A DNA stretch of 64,000 bases from Anaerolineae bacterium. Its GTDB lineage: Bacteria; Chloroflexota; Anaerolineae; JAAEKA01. The notes under the pieces were generated by a model. It was given only the letters and a program-made list of their open reading frames with translations, was not told where the DNA came from and did not search any database. The position numbers and the translations under genes are program-made. Shown here one piece after another: positions 9,504 through 18,517 of the stretch (position 1 is the first letter of the stretch; the number at the start of each line of letters is the position of its first letter). The stretch is from contig JBAQWV010000041.1 in the NCBI GenBank assembly GCA_049299095.1, forward strand, positions 191,569-255,568. The letters are read 5' to 3'.

Positions 9504-9541
9504 ACAAAAACGGCCACCAGGAGGTAACCCCTGGCGGCCGT
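9504..9541 (-). terminator. Rho-independent terminator of the M4 protease gene
   Basis: Stem cggccaccagg/cctggcggccg (one G-U pair), followed on the minus strand by TTTTTGTTTG. Confidence 0.75.
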
Positions 9542-9637
9542 CCATTAACCCAACAGGTACTTACTACATCCTACATCTGAATGGTAACATTTCGGCGGTT
9601 TTCTGTCAAATTTTCCACAATTGACGTACTACCCCCG

Positions 9638-12439
9638 CTAACGTTCCTGCACATCCATCTGTGGCATGTCCAGCTTCGGCTGTGGGCGAGTGAAATCACC
9701 CGTTGCCAGCCCTGGCTCTTCCAGCAGGCCCTGGAACGCCGTGGCAATCGCCACGTCATCTACGTACATCGAGCTGGTGTAGGATGAATCGGTGGTGAGG
9801 CGGAAGGACAGCGTTACCGTCTGGCCAGCGTAGGCCGCCAGGCTGACCGATCCCTGCGCATAGCTGCTCATCTTTGTGGAGGAGCACAGGTTATAGGTCT
9901 TAACGTTGGTGCTGTTTACCCGCACGTAGCCGTAGTCATAGCCGCACACATCGCTGGAGGTAATGCGATACCAGTAGGTCAGGGTGGCGTTGGCTGGAAC
10001 GGTGTAGGTCTGGTTGATCTGGGCTGTTTCGCTGTTCGAGCCGCCCAGCCAGGCACGCCAACTGCCGGTACGTGCAGACCCTGTGCCGACCAGCACCAAC
10101 CCCTTGGTAGAAGACTCAGTCCAGCCAACATTACGGCCCAGTTCAAAGCCGCCGTTGATGAGTTGGCCCGCGGGCACGCTGGTCGGCGTGGCCGTCGGCG
10201 GAACCGCGGTCGGTGTGGCCGTTGCAGGCGCAGCGGTCGCCGTGGGCGTGGCCGTCGGCGGAACCGCGGTTGGCGTGGCCGTCGCCCCGCCGCTGGTACA
10301 GACGGTGACGCTCCAGGCGGTCAACTGGCCGGTGTCAGTGTTAGCATCATCATAGACACGCAAGGTCCAGGTTCCCGACGCCGCCTTGCCATCAAATCCG
10401 CTGAGCACAGCTTCCGGGCGATAGCTGCCGGTAAACGGCGCAGCCCCGGCCGTGATAGCCGTGCTGGCTTCATCGTCAAAAACCGTATTCACGTAGTTGT
10501 CGCCCGAACCGCCGTTGTCATCAGACAGCAAAATCTCTGTACCATCGGGATGGCGCAGGTAGATGTCCAGGTCGGCATCATACGTGTGCGTCAGGTTGCC
10601 GATGGTCAGGTTGACATCGCTCACTGTGCCGCCAGCGGCCACAGCCACGGTGCTGGTGGCTGACGCCAGGTCGGTGATACTCTTGGGCAGATCGCTGCTG
10701 GCATAGGTGGTGCAGGCACCCGGCAGCGGCGTAGCTGTGGCGGTGGCGGGGATCGGCGTATTGGTCGGCGTGCTGGTCGGCGCGGGCGGCGTCGTTGTAC
10801 CCGCCGGGGTGGCTGTGGGGCCGCCGCCGCTACCACAGACCGGGCCGTGCATCTTGACAGCTTCTGCCGCGTTCTTGACACTGGTGCAGGTTGCCGAGCC
10901 AGCGCCGTACAGTTCCGCGCAGCTTTGCAGCAGCGCCAAATAGTTGTCGTAGTACTTGGCGGATGAGGTTAGCTTGGTGTTGTTGGTGCGGTATTCGATA
11001 GCCGCCGCCGCATCAATGCCGATGGCTGCCACGGTGTAGCCGTTGAACGTGCCGCCATCCACCATCAGAGCAAAGGCTTTGTTGCCAATCGCCGAGTTGG
11101 TATGAACGCCGCCGTTATCCGTAGATGTGCAGACATAGCTAGAGCTGCTGGTGGTGTCGGGATCTCCAAAGCGGGTGGGGTCCAGCATGTCGCGGATGGC
11201 GCCGATGCCGGGAATGTCTTCGCCCATGTCCCAACGCACTGCCGCAGTGTCGGTGCCGCCGCTGTTAGTCAGGTCTACAGCCTCGCCGAAGATGTCCGAA
11301 TAGCTCTCGTTCAACGCACCCGACTGATAGGAATAGACCAGGTTGGAGGAATATTCCGTGACGCCGTGGCTCAGTTCATGCGCCACCACGTCGTCCGCCG
11401 CGGCAAAGCCATCGCCGTAGGTCATCTTGCTGCCATCCCAGAACGCGTTCTGGTAATTGCTGCTGTAGCAAACATAGGAATTAAGCGCGCCGCCGGCGTT
11501 GTTGTAAGAATCACGGCCGTAGCGATTGAAATAGAAGTCGTAGGTGTTGCCCGCGTAGTCGTGAGCGTTGTTGATGTCCGCCACGGTGCAGCTTGTCGCA
11601 CTGGTAACTGGTCCAGCCGTTTCGTTGCGCGCCAGCGTCGCCGAAGTGTAGCTGGTGCCGTGCTTCATGTTATAAGTGTTGCGATTGCGCGACTCCGGAT
11701 GGGAAGCGTAGGCAAAACGCAGATCGCCGCTGTGCGCATCCACAAAGACCCACTGCGCCCGCTGCGGCTCGCTGGGCGAGTCCACATGTACGCGATAGGT
11801 CAGGAAAGTGGGGCTGGCCTGTTCGGTGATCAGCGCGGGGTTGAGCACAGCCAGACTGGCTTCGGTCACATAGCCATCGCGCAGTTCGGCATACTTCACA
11901 GCCAGCGCCGCGGCCTGCTTTTCGTCCAGCTTGGGCGTGGTGTTCACACTGACTGCCTCTGGCGCAATGTAGCCATTGGCTGAGATGACCGCGCCGCGGC
12001 TGTCCATGTGCACGATCAAATCCGCGCCGAAAACCGGCACTCCGTTTTGCACCTGATCCAAACGCACATGCTGCATCCCCAACGTGTCGGTTTCGATCTT
12101 TTCAACCTGCAACTGCGCAGCCTGATCAGCAACGCCCAGCAGGCTGCCATAATCAGCCAGAAACGCACGCGCGATGCCTTCTGTGGTCATACGTTTGTCG
12201 GCGTATTCAGTCGTCAAAATTCCATATTCAGCGTCAATCCAGCGGGCAACACCGGTTGCCTGGTAAGAAAAGACACGCACAGCCCCGTTGCTCTGTGCTT
12301 CCAGTCGCCCCAGCGGGCCTTCCTGGCGTACAGCGGGCGCGGCCAAAGCCGTACTGCCCACCATAGCCAAAATCACAAACACGGCCAGCAGAACGAAAAC
12401 GTGACGTTTTCTCCCGAAATGCGGTGCGGACATAGACAA
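9638..12439 (-). CDS. Secreted thermolysin-like (M4) zinc metalloprotease with propeptide, P-domain and C-terminal jelly-roll-like module
   Basis: Signal peptide, then an FTP/PepSY-like propeptide. Zinc motifs are VVAHELSHGVTE (HExxH) and GALNESYSDIFGE. A proprotein-convertase P-domain-like block follows (DLDIYLRHPDGTEILLSDDNGGSGDNY...GTWTLRVYDDANTDTGQLTAWSV). Modules are joined by Pro/Thr linkers. Confidence 0.9.
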   Translation of the reverse strand: MSMSAPHFGRKRHVFVLLAVFVILAMVGSTALAAPAVRQEGPLGRLEAQSNGAVRVFSYQATGVARWIDAEYGILTTEYADKRMTTEGIARAFLADYGSLLGVADQAAQLQVEKIETDTLGMQHVRLDQVQNGVPVFGADLIVHMDSRGAVISANGYIAPEAVSVNTTPKLDEKQAAALAVKYAELRDGYVTEASLAVLNPALITEQASPTFLTYRVHVDSPSEPQRAQWVFVDAHSGDLRFAYASHPESRNRNTYNMKHGTSYTSATLARNETAGPVTSATSCTVADINNAHDYAGNTYDFYFNRYGRDSYNNAGGALNSYVCYSSNYQNAFWDGSKMTYGDGFAAADDVVAHELSHGVTEYSSNLVYSYQSGALNESYSDIFGEAVDLTNSGGTDTAAVRWDMGEDIPGIGAIRDMLDPTRFGDPDTTSSSSYVCTSTDNGGVHTNSAIGNKAFALMVDGGTFNGYTVAAIGIDAAAAIEYRTNNTKLTSSAKYYDNYLALLQSCAELYGAGSATCTSVKNAAEAVKMHGPVCGSGGGPTATPAGTTTPPAPTSTPTNTPIPATATATPLPGACTTYASSDLPKSITDLASATSTVAVAAGGTVSDVNLTIGNLTHTYDADLDIYLRHPDGTEILLSDDNGGSGDNYVNTVFDDEASTAITAGAAPFTGSYRPEAVLSGFDGKAASGTWTLRVYDDANTDTGQLTAWSVTVCTSGGATATPTAVPPTATPTATAAPATATPTAVPPTATPTSVPAGQLINGGFELGRNVGWTESSTKGLVLVGTGSARTGSWRAWLGGSNSETAQINQTYTVPANATLTYWYRITSSDVCGYDYGYVRVNSTNVKTYNLCSSTKMSSYAQGSVSLAAYAGQTVTLSFRLTTDSSYTSSMYVDDVAIATAFQGLLEEPGLATGDFTRPQPKLDMPQMDVQER
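10185..10282 (-). repeat. Tandem 60-nt-period coding repeat (Pro/Thr linker)
   Basis: The 38-nt segments at 10185-10222 and 10245-10282 differ at 2 positions. They encode TATPTAVPPTATPT twice inside the M4 protease. Confidence 0.85.
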
Positions 12440-12611
12440 AACGACCTCCTGCTATGCAATTGAACGGTGAGGATAGACCAGCCAATCAGGCCACTCAAGG
12501 GGGAAAGTTAAGCTATGGCGTTGACAAACTGGCGAAGACTGGAGGGTATTTTAAGCGCGAAAAAACATTATGCGCAAATATGGAGAACCTTGTTGTGTGT
12601 TTGATATGAAA

Positions 12612-14813
12612 TTATGGACGCAGACGCTCGGCCAGGCCGCTGTAGCGCCCGCTGATGCGGTTGTTGTTGACAGCAATCGCAATTGCGCGCGGCGCCCCCA
12701 CCAGCACCACCAGCTTTTTGGCGCGTGTTACCGCGGTGTAAAGCAAGTTACGCTGCAACAGCATGTAATGCTGCGTCATCACGGGGATGACCACCGCTGA
12801 AAACTCGCTGCCCTGGCTCTTGTGTACCGACACCGCGTAGGCGTGCGTCAGCTCATCCAGCTCCAGAAAGTCATACCCCACCACCCGCCCATCAATGCGC
12901 ACAGCCAGCGTTTGTTCCACCGAATCGAGCGCAACGATCTGGCCGAGGTCGCCGTTGTAGACCTCTTTGTCATAGTTGTTGCGAATTTGCATCACGCGGT
13001 CGCCCAACCGAAAAACGCGGCCCCCCAATCGGCGCTCCGGCTTGTTGGCTGCGGGCGGATTGAGCGCGGCCTGCAAGCGTTCATTCAACGCGCCGACCCC
13101 CACCGCGCCGCGGTGCATCGGGCTGAGCACCTGCACCTCACCCGCGGGGATGCCAAAACGCCGCGGGATGCGTTCCTGCACGATCTCGACCACCAGCTCG
13201 GCGGCGCGCTCCGGGTCGTCGGTCTGGAACAGATAAAAATCTTGCGACTGCTCAGGCCGCCATTCCGGCATTTGCCCGCGGTTAATGCGGTGCGCGTTTT
13301 CGATGATGAAGCTGCCCGCGGCCTGCCGGAAGATCACGTCCAGCCGTACCACCGCGGCAGCCCCAGAATCGATCACATCGCCCAGCACGTTGCCCGCCCC
13401 CACCGGCGGCAACTGATCAATATCACCCACAAACAGGATGTGCGCGCCCGGCGGAATGGCCTTCAGCAGGTGATTGGTGAGCAGTAAGTCCAGCATGGAC
13501 GCTTCATCCACGATCACCATGTCCGCCTCCAGCGGATTGTCTTCGTTATAGGTAAAGGCAAAGCCCCCGGCGTTGCCCGGCTGCCATTCCAGCAGGCGGT
13601 GGATCGTCTTGGCTTCGCGGCCGGTGGCTTCGCTGAGCCGCTTGGCCGCGCGGCCAGTGGGCGAGGCCAGCAAGGTGCGACAATGCGCCGCGTCCAGCAG
13701 TCGGATCAAGGCCAGCATGGTGGTGGTTTTGCCCGTGCCTGGGCCGCCGGTGATCACCGCCACGCGCTGCGTCAGGGCCGTGCGCACGGCGGCCTGCTGT
13801 TGGCTGGTCAATTGCAAGCCGGTTTGTCGTTGCACCGTGGCCAGTGCGGCCGGCCAGTCGAAGGTTTGGAAGAGGAACAGGCGATCTTCGGCTGCTTCCA
13901 GCAGGCGATGCAGGCGACTTGCCACCCCCACCTCACCGCGATAAAACGGCATCAGATAGACAGCCCGCGCTTCGGCCAATTGTGGATATTCCACCCGCCG
14001 CCGTTCGTCGGTCTCGATGTAAATCTGCTCGTCGCGGCGTAGCGTTTCAATGGCAACCGCGGCCAACTCCGGCGGCACAGCCAGCAGCTCGGCGCTGTCA
14101 GCCACCAATTCTGCTTGCGGCACGTACACATGTCCGTCGTCGGCTTTCTGGCTGAGAGTATAGGCCACCCCCGCGGCTACGCGCTCTGGCGCGTCCGCGG
14201 CAATGCCGAGGTTGCGTGCGATCTTGTCTGCGGTGAGGAAGCCAATGCCGTGGATATCGCGCGCCAGTCGGTAAGGGTCGTTGTTGACCACCCCGGCCGC
14301 GCCATCGCCGTAGTGCTTGTAGATGCGCACGGCCAGCGCCGGGCTGACGCCGTGGCTTTGCAGGAAAACCATCACCTCGCGGATCTGGCGCTGCGCTTGC
14401 CAGGCGATTTTAATCAGCCCGACACGCTTGGGGCCAATGCCCAGAACTTCATGCAAGCGGTCGGGCTGTTCATCAATCACCGTCAGGGTGTCCCTGCCGA
14501 ACTTACGTACAATGCGTTTTGCCATCACCGGGCCGATCCCCTTGACCAGCCCGCTCCCCAGATATTTTTCCATGCCCGCGGCGGTGGCGGGCAGCACCGA
14601 GGCATACCGTTCGACCTTGAACTGTCGTCCATACTGACCGTGCAAGGTCCAATCACCTTCCAGCCGCACATGCTCGCCGACGCTCACCCCCAGCATGTTG
14701 CCGATGACCGTGACTTCTTCGTCACGGCCTTCGGGGATCAACCGCGCAACAGTGTAGCCGTTTTCTTCGTTGTGAAAGGTGATGCGCTCAACCGCGCCTT
14801 GCAAGGTGAGCAT
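12612..14813 (-). CDS. recD2: RecD2-like SF1B ATP-dependent DNA helicase (RecD/TraA family)
   Basis: N-terminus LQGAVERITFHNEENGYTVARL, HhH region GIGPVMAKRIV, Walker A ITGGPGTGKTT, and VDEASMLD...GDIDQLPPVG....VHKSQGSEF. Confidence 0.9.
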   Translation of the reverse strand: MLTLQGAVERITFHNEENGYTVARLIPEGRDEEVTVIGNMLGVSVGEHVRLEGDWTLHGQYGRQFKVERYASVLPATAAGMEKYLGSGLVKGIGPVMAKRIVRKFGRDTLTVIDEQPDRLHEVLGIGPKRVGLIKIAWQAQRQIREVMVFLQSHGVSPALAVRIYKHYGDGAAGVVNNDPYRLARDIHGIGFLTADKIARNLGIAADAPERVAAGVAYTLSQKADDGHVYVPQAELVADSAELLAVPPELAAVAIETLRRDEQIYIETDERRRVEYPQLAEARAVYLMPFYRGEVGVASRLHRLLEAAEDRLFLFQTFDWPAALATVQRQTGLQLTSQQQAAVRTALTQRVAVITGGPGTGKTTTMLALIRLLDAAHCRTLLASPTGRAAKRLSEATGREAKTIHRLLEWQPGNAGGFAFTYNEDNPLEADMVIVDEASMLDLLLTNHLLKAIPPGAHILFVGDIDQLPPVGAGNVLGDVIDSGAAAVVRLDVIFRQAAGSFIIENAHRINRGQMPEWRPEQSQDFYLFQTDDPERAAELVVEIVQERIPRRFGIPAGEVQVLSPMHRGAVGVGALNERLQAALNPPAANKPERRLGGRVFRLGDRVMQIRNNYDKEVYNGDLGQIVALDSVEQTLAVRIDGRVVGYDFLELDELTHAYAVSVHKSQGSEFSAVVIPVMTQHYMLLQRNLLYTAVTRAKKLVVLVGAPRAIAIAVNNNRISGRYSGLAERLRP

Positions 14814-14835
14814 GAAAAGCTAGCCGGGCAACAGG

Positions 14836-15813
14836 TTAGTTGAGACGCCAGCGCGGGAAGAACTCGCGCATATCACCCTGCACGGTGATTTCATAGGCTT
14901 CTCCTACCGGGTTGCCTCCCATATCAGCGGGAAAAACACGATACACGCCTTGCGCGCCGCTCGGAATTTCGGCCTTGCAATTATAGAGGAATTTGCTGGA
15001 AGCCTCAGGGCCACCGCCCCATTGAAGATCACTTGAGCAGGCCACATCCGTGTTGCCAGGCCCTTGCACAATCAGTTTATAACCGCCCACACCGACCAAA
15101 TCGGTCCGTTGCCGCAACATAGCATAGAAGGTAATCCAGGAATTGCTACTTGCACGCGCGAGGCCCAATTCAAGTTTCGTGAAGGGAAAAGCCGGCACCG
15201 GCGTAGCCGTCGGCGCGGGGGGTTGCGTGGGCACAGGCGTGGCCGCGGGTGCCGCCGGCTGCACTGGCTGTGCAGGCTGCACTGGGCGCGGGGTCGGCTG
15301 CACCACCACCACCGCAGGCGGGCGCGTGGGCACGGGAACAGCTGTCGGCAGGGCGGGAATGTTCTCCGCTACCGGCGCCAGCGCCAAGTCGCCGGTCACC
15401 TCTACCAGGCGTGCCACGATCCAGGCATTCTGGTCGTTGACGCAACATACCTGATACCAGTCACCTGCCGGGTTGGTGGCAAGAATATCCAGCTCTGTGC
15501 CGGAAGCCACCTGCCCGATCTCGTCGTAAGCCGTACCGGGGCCAGAGCGGGCGTTTACCTGGCCGCTGCCACCGACTTTGGCTTTCGGCGCAGCCGGTGT
15601 GGGGGTATCCGTTGCTACGGGGGTGTTGGTGGGTACAGGCGTATCCGTGGGTACAGGGGTGTTGGTTGCCGCAGTCGTTGGCGTAAAGGTCGCGCGCATG
15701 GGGCGCGTGGGTGTCGGCTCCACGGTCGGCGTTGTCGCCGGGCCACAGGCCGTCAATGTTGCCGCCAAGATACTCAGGGCTGCGATCTGGCGCAGTGAGT
15801 GAAAACGATTCAT
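14836..15813 (-). CDS. Lipoprotein with Pro/Thr-rich linkers and a bacterial SH3 domain
   Basis: The ATG at 15813 follows AGGAGG. Lipobox LTAC. SH3b-like VNARSGPGTAYDEIGQVASGTELDILATNPAGDWYQV. The C-terminal domain is unknown. The ORF is open to 15903 but the internal start is preferred. Confidence 0.7.
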   Translation of the reverse strand: MNRFHSLRQIAALSILAATLTACGPATTPTVEPTPTRPMRATFTPTTAATNTPVPTDTPVPTNTPVATDTPTPAAPKAKVGGSGQVNARSGPGTAYDEIGQVASGTELDILATNPAGDWYQVCCVNDQNAWIVARLVEVTGDLALAPVAENIPALPTAVPVPTRPPAVVVVQPTPRPVQPAQPVQPAAPAATPVPTQPPAPTATPVPAFPFTKLELGLARASSNSWITFYAMLRQRTDLVGVGGYKLIVQGPGNTDVACSSDLQWGGGPEASSKFLYNCKAEIPSGAQGVYRVFPADMGGNPVGEAYEITVQGDMREFFPRWRLN

Positions 15814-15881
15814 AAGTGGACCTCCTGAAGCGAGGACAGAAATTTTTCTTGCCGGAATAGGACCACCGGCAAGCGGCGCGC

Positions 15882-15890
15882 ATTGTAGCA
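15882..15890 (-). promoter_or_regulatory. Candidate extended -10 element (TGcTACAAT) for the SH3b/recD2 transcription unit
   Basis: The minus strand reads TGCTACAAT. There is no good -35. It lies about 62 nt upstream of the 15813 start. Confidence 0.3.
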
Positions 15891-15964
15891 CAAGCCTATG
15901 CAATGGGCTATTTTACCTCTCCCCACCGATTTCCCCGAATACGCTGCTAACTTGACAATAAAAC

Positions 15965-15993
15965 CTTGTCAAAAGCGGGATAAGCAGGTACAA
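15965..15993 (+). promoter_or_regulatory. Near-consensus promoter-like element TTGTCA-17-TACAAT pointing antisense into rpmB
   Basis: TTGTCA at 15965-15970, a 17-nt spacer, and TACAAT at 15988-15993 on the + strand. There is no + strand gene downstream before 16353. Confidence 0.3.
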
Positions 15994-16004
15994 TACACGT
16001 CGCA

Positions 16005-16031
16005 CTAAAAAGCAAGAGCCGATAGCTCTTG
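16005..16031 (-). terminator. Rho-independent terminator of rpmB
   Basis: The minus strand reads caagagc-tatcg-gctcttg followed by CTTTTT. Confidence 0.65.
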
Positions 16032-16045
16032 GCTACCGGCTCCGC

Positions 16046-16228
16046 TTACTGGGTCTTGCTGAGGGTCTTGAGACACTTGGTGCACACCGCAACGCTTTGC
16101 AGCTTGCCATCCACCGTCAACCTGGCACGCTGAATGTTGACATTCCAGCGGCGGTTCGTGTGACGCATCGAGTGGCTGACGTTGTGTCCAAACTGTGGTC
16201 CGCGACCGCAAATCTTGCACTTCGACAT
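16046..16228 (-). CDS. rpmB: 50S ribosomal protein L28
   Basis: MSKCKICGRGPQFGHNVSHSMRHTNRRWNVNIQRARL... is a canonical L28 sequence. GAGGT lies upstream. Confidence 0.95.
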   Translation of the reverse strand: MSKCKICGRGPQFGHNVSHSMRHTNRRWNVNIQRARLTVDGKLQSVAVCTKCLKTLSKTQ

Positions 16229-16301
16229 AGTGATACCTCATTAGCAAATGAAAACCCCGAGGCGTTATGCTCCGGGGTGTAATCCCGACTGAACGGTAGC
16301 T

Positions 16302-16330
16302 ATTCTAGCATAGCTACTGTCAAACTGCAA
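16302..16330 (-). promoter_or_regulatory. Candidate rpmB promoter TTGCAG-17-TAGAAT
   Basis: On the minus strand the -35 is at 16330-16325 and the -10 at 16307-16302. The -10 lies inside the 22-bp palindrome at 16296-16317. Confidence 0.4.
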
Positions 16331-16352
16331 ACTGAAGCGTGGACAACGCACA

Positions 16353-16724
16353 ATGACTGTACGCGACGATCAATTTGGCCGAATCAAAGTTTCCCAAACA
16401 GCCATCGCCTCTCTGGTAGCTGAAGCTGTCAAAGAAAGCTATGGCGTCGTTGGCATGAGCAGCCGCAACCGGTTCGACGAGTTGGCCGGCTCCTTGCAAC
16501 GCGGCAACCGCCGGGGGGTTGAAATCAGCCAGGGCGCCAACGGCATCGTGGTGGACATTTATGTCATTGTGGAGTACGGCATTCGCATCAGCGAAGTAGC
16601 CACCGGCGTTATGCGCCGCGTTTACTTCACCCTCACCGAGGCAGCGGGACTTCCTGTCCATGCCGTGAACGTGCATGTGCAGGGGCTGCGCGTCAGCGAT
16701 TCCAGCACCTCCCAGCCCGGCTAG
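16353..16724 (+). CDS. Asp23/Gls24 family envelope-stress protein (YloU-like)
   Basis: IKVSQTAIASLVAEAVKESYGVVGM...VDIYVIVEYG. It sits immediately upstream of a DAK2-domain gene, as in Firmicutes. Confidence 0.85.
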   Translation: MTVRDDQFGRIKVSQTAIASLVAEAVKESYGVVGMSSRNRFDELAGSLQRGNRRGVEISQGANGIVVDIYVIVEYGIRISEVATGVMRRVYFTLTEAAGLPVHAVNVHVQGLRVSDSSTSQPG

Positions 16725-16759
16725 CTCAGCCGGCCATCCTTCCCCGATGAGACGAAGCA

Positions 16760-18499
16760 TTGACCAGCAACGCATCCCTTCGATCTAATACCACGCGCGC
16801 GCAAACCGCTCCTTCTGCCCAGGCCAACGGGCATCGGCAGCAAATCAACGGCGGCGATCTGAAAACCATGATCGCCGCTGCTTACGCATGGCTGGAACGC
16901 CATAAGGAAGCTGTCAACGCGCTCAATGTCTTTCCTGTGCCCGATGGCGACACCGGCACCAATATGTACCTGACCATGCGCGCGGCCTGGCGGGAAATTG
17001 ACGAAAGCGAAGAACAAGACGCGGGTCGCATGGCCCAGGCTGTTGCGCAGGGCGCTCTGATGGGCGCGCGCGGCAATTCCGGCGTCATCCTGTCGCAGAT
17101 TTTACGCGGCATCTCTCATGCCTTTCGGCAAAAAGCCAATATCAGCGCCCAGGATTTCGCGCGCGCGCTGCGTCAGGGGTCTGACACCGCGTACAAGGGC
17201 GTGGTCAAGCCGGTGGAAGGCACGATTCTGACCGTGATTCGTCAGTCGGCTGACGCTGCACAACGGGCTGCGTCGCTGGAGAACGACTTCGATTTCGTCC
17301 TCAGCCACACCGTGCAAGCCGCAGGCGAGGCAGTCGAGCAAACCCCCAAGCTGCTGCCGGTGCTGGCCAAGGCGGGCGTTGTCGATTCGGGTGGCAAGGG
17401 CCTGTTTTATATTCTGGAAGGCATGTACCGCGGCCTGCGCGGCGAAGCTACTGCGCAACCGACGGAAGCAGCGGCCGTTCCGGCAGCCGAAAAAGCCGCC
17501 GTCATTGATCCGCATAACCTGCCACCTGTGCGTTACGGCTTTGATGTCCAGTTCCTAGTCTGGGGCGTAGACCTTGATGTGAACGCGATCCGCCGCTGGA
17601 TGATCGAAAACGGTGATTTCGCGCTGGTCGAAGGCAGCTCAACGCTGGTCAAAGTACATGTCCATGTGTTCGACCCCAGCCGCCCGCTGGCCTATGGCTT
17701 GCAGCAAGGCTTCCTGACCGATCTGGTGGTCGAAAATATGGACGCAATGGCGGCCGCGGGCATGGTTCCCGAAGATGTCAAGGACGAGTTGAGCACCGCA
17801 CCCAGCGACTTGCTGGCGGCAAGCGAAGACCTGGGCCACATCGGCGTCGTGGCTGTCTCTCCTGGCGCAGGCTTGAGCGAGGTTTTCGAAAGCCTCGGTG
17901 TTGGCAGCGTGGTCGCGGGCGGCCAAACCATGAACCCCAGCATCCAGGAACTGCTGGATGCCATCGAAGCGCTGCCCAACGAAGAAGTGATCGTCCTGCC
18001 CAACAACAGCAACGTCCTGATGGCCGCGCAAAGCGCCGCGCAGGAAGCGACCCGCCGCGGCAAGCGCGCGGCTGTCGTGCCTAGCCGCACCGCACCACAG
18101 GGCATCAGCGCGCTGCTGGCGTTCAATATGCAGGCCGATCTGGAGCAAAACACCGCACTGATGACCGCCGCGCTGGCGAACATTAACACGGGCGAGGTCA
18201 CAGTGGCTGTACGCGACGCGGAAATTGATGGCCTGGCCGTGCAAGTCGGTGACGTAATCGGTCTGTTGAACGACACCCTGACCAGCCGCGGTGCCACTGA
18301 TGAAGCTGTAGTCTTCGACCTGCTGGAGCAAATGCGCGCCAGCGATGTCGAAATTATCACCGTATACTACGGCGATGCAGTTGACGCGGATACCGCGCGG
18401 CAACTGGGCGAACGCATAATGGCGACCTATCCTGATCAGGAAATCGAGGTCGTAGCGGGCGGTCAACCCCATTATCATTACATTCTTTCGGCGGAATAG
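16760..18499 (+). CDS. DAK2 domain protein YloV / fatty-acid kinase FakA-like
   Basis: NVFPVPDGDTGTNMYLT and GARGNSGVILSQ (DAK2 motifs), with a C-terminal DegV-like/YloV extension. The TTG start is uncertain. Confidence 0.85.
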   Translation: MTSNASLRSNTTRAQTAPSAQANGHRQQINGGDLKTMIAAAYAWLERHKEAVNALNVFPVPDGDTGTNMYLTMRAAWREIDESEEQDAGRMAQAVAQGALMGARGNSGVILSQILRGISHAFRQKANISAQDFARALRQGSDTAYKGVVKPVEGTILTVIRQSADAAQRAASLENDFDFVLSHTVQAAGEAVEQTPKLLPVLAKAGVVDSGGKGLFYILEGMYRGLRGEATAQPTEAAAVPAAEKAAVIDPHNLPPVRYGFDVQFLVWGVDLDVNAIRRWMIENGDFALVEGSSTLVKVHVHVFDPSRPLAYGLQQGFLTDLVVENMDAMAAAGMVPEDVKDELSTAPSDLLAASEDLGHIGVVAVSPGAGLSEVFESLGVGSVVAGGQTMNPSIQELLDAIEALPNEEVIVLPNNSNVLMAAQSAAQEATRRGKRAAVVPSRTAPQGISALLAFNMQADLEQNTALMTAALANINTGEVTVAVRDAEIDGLAVQVGDVIGLLNDTLTSRGATDEAVVFDLLEQMRASDVEIITVYYGDAVDADTARQLGERIMATYPDQEIEVVAGGQPHYHYILSAE

Positions 18500-18517
18500 C
18501 CGCCACAGGAGCCTTGC

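Noticed and set aside
11102-11983. 293-aa ORF on the + strand, and similar ones at 10014-10663
   Set aside because: These are antisense to the M4 protease, whose HExxH/ExxxD motifs fix the true frame. They are shadow ORFs of GC-rich coding DNA.
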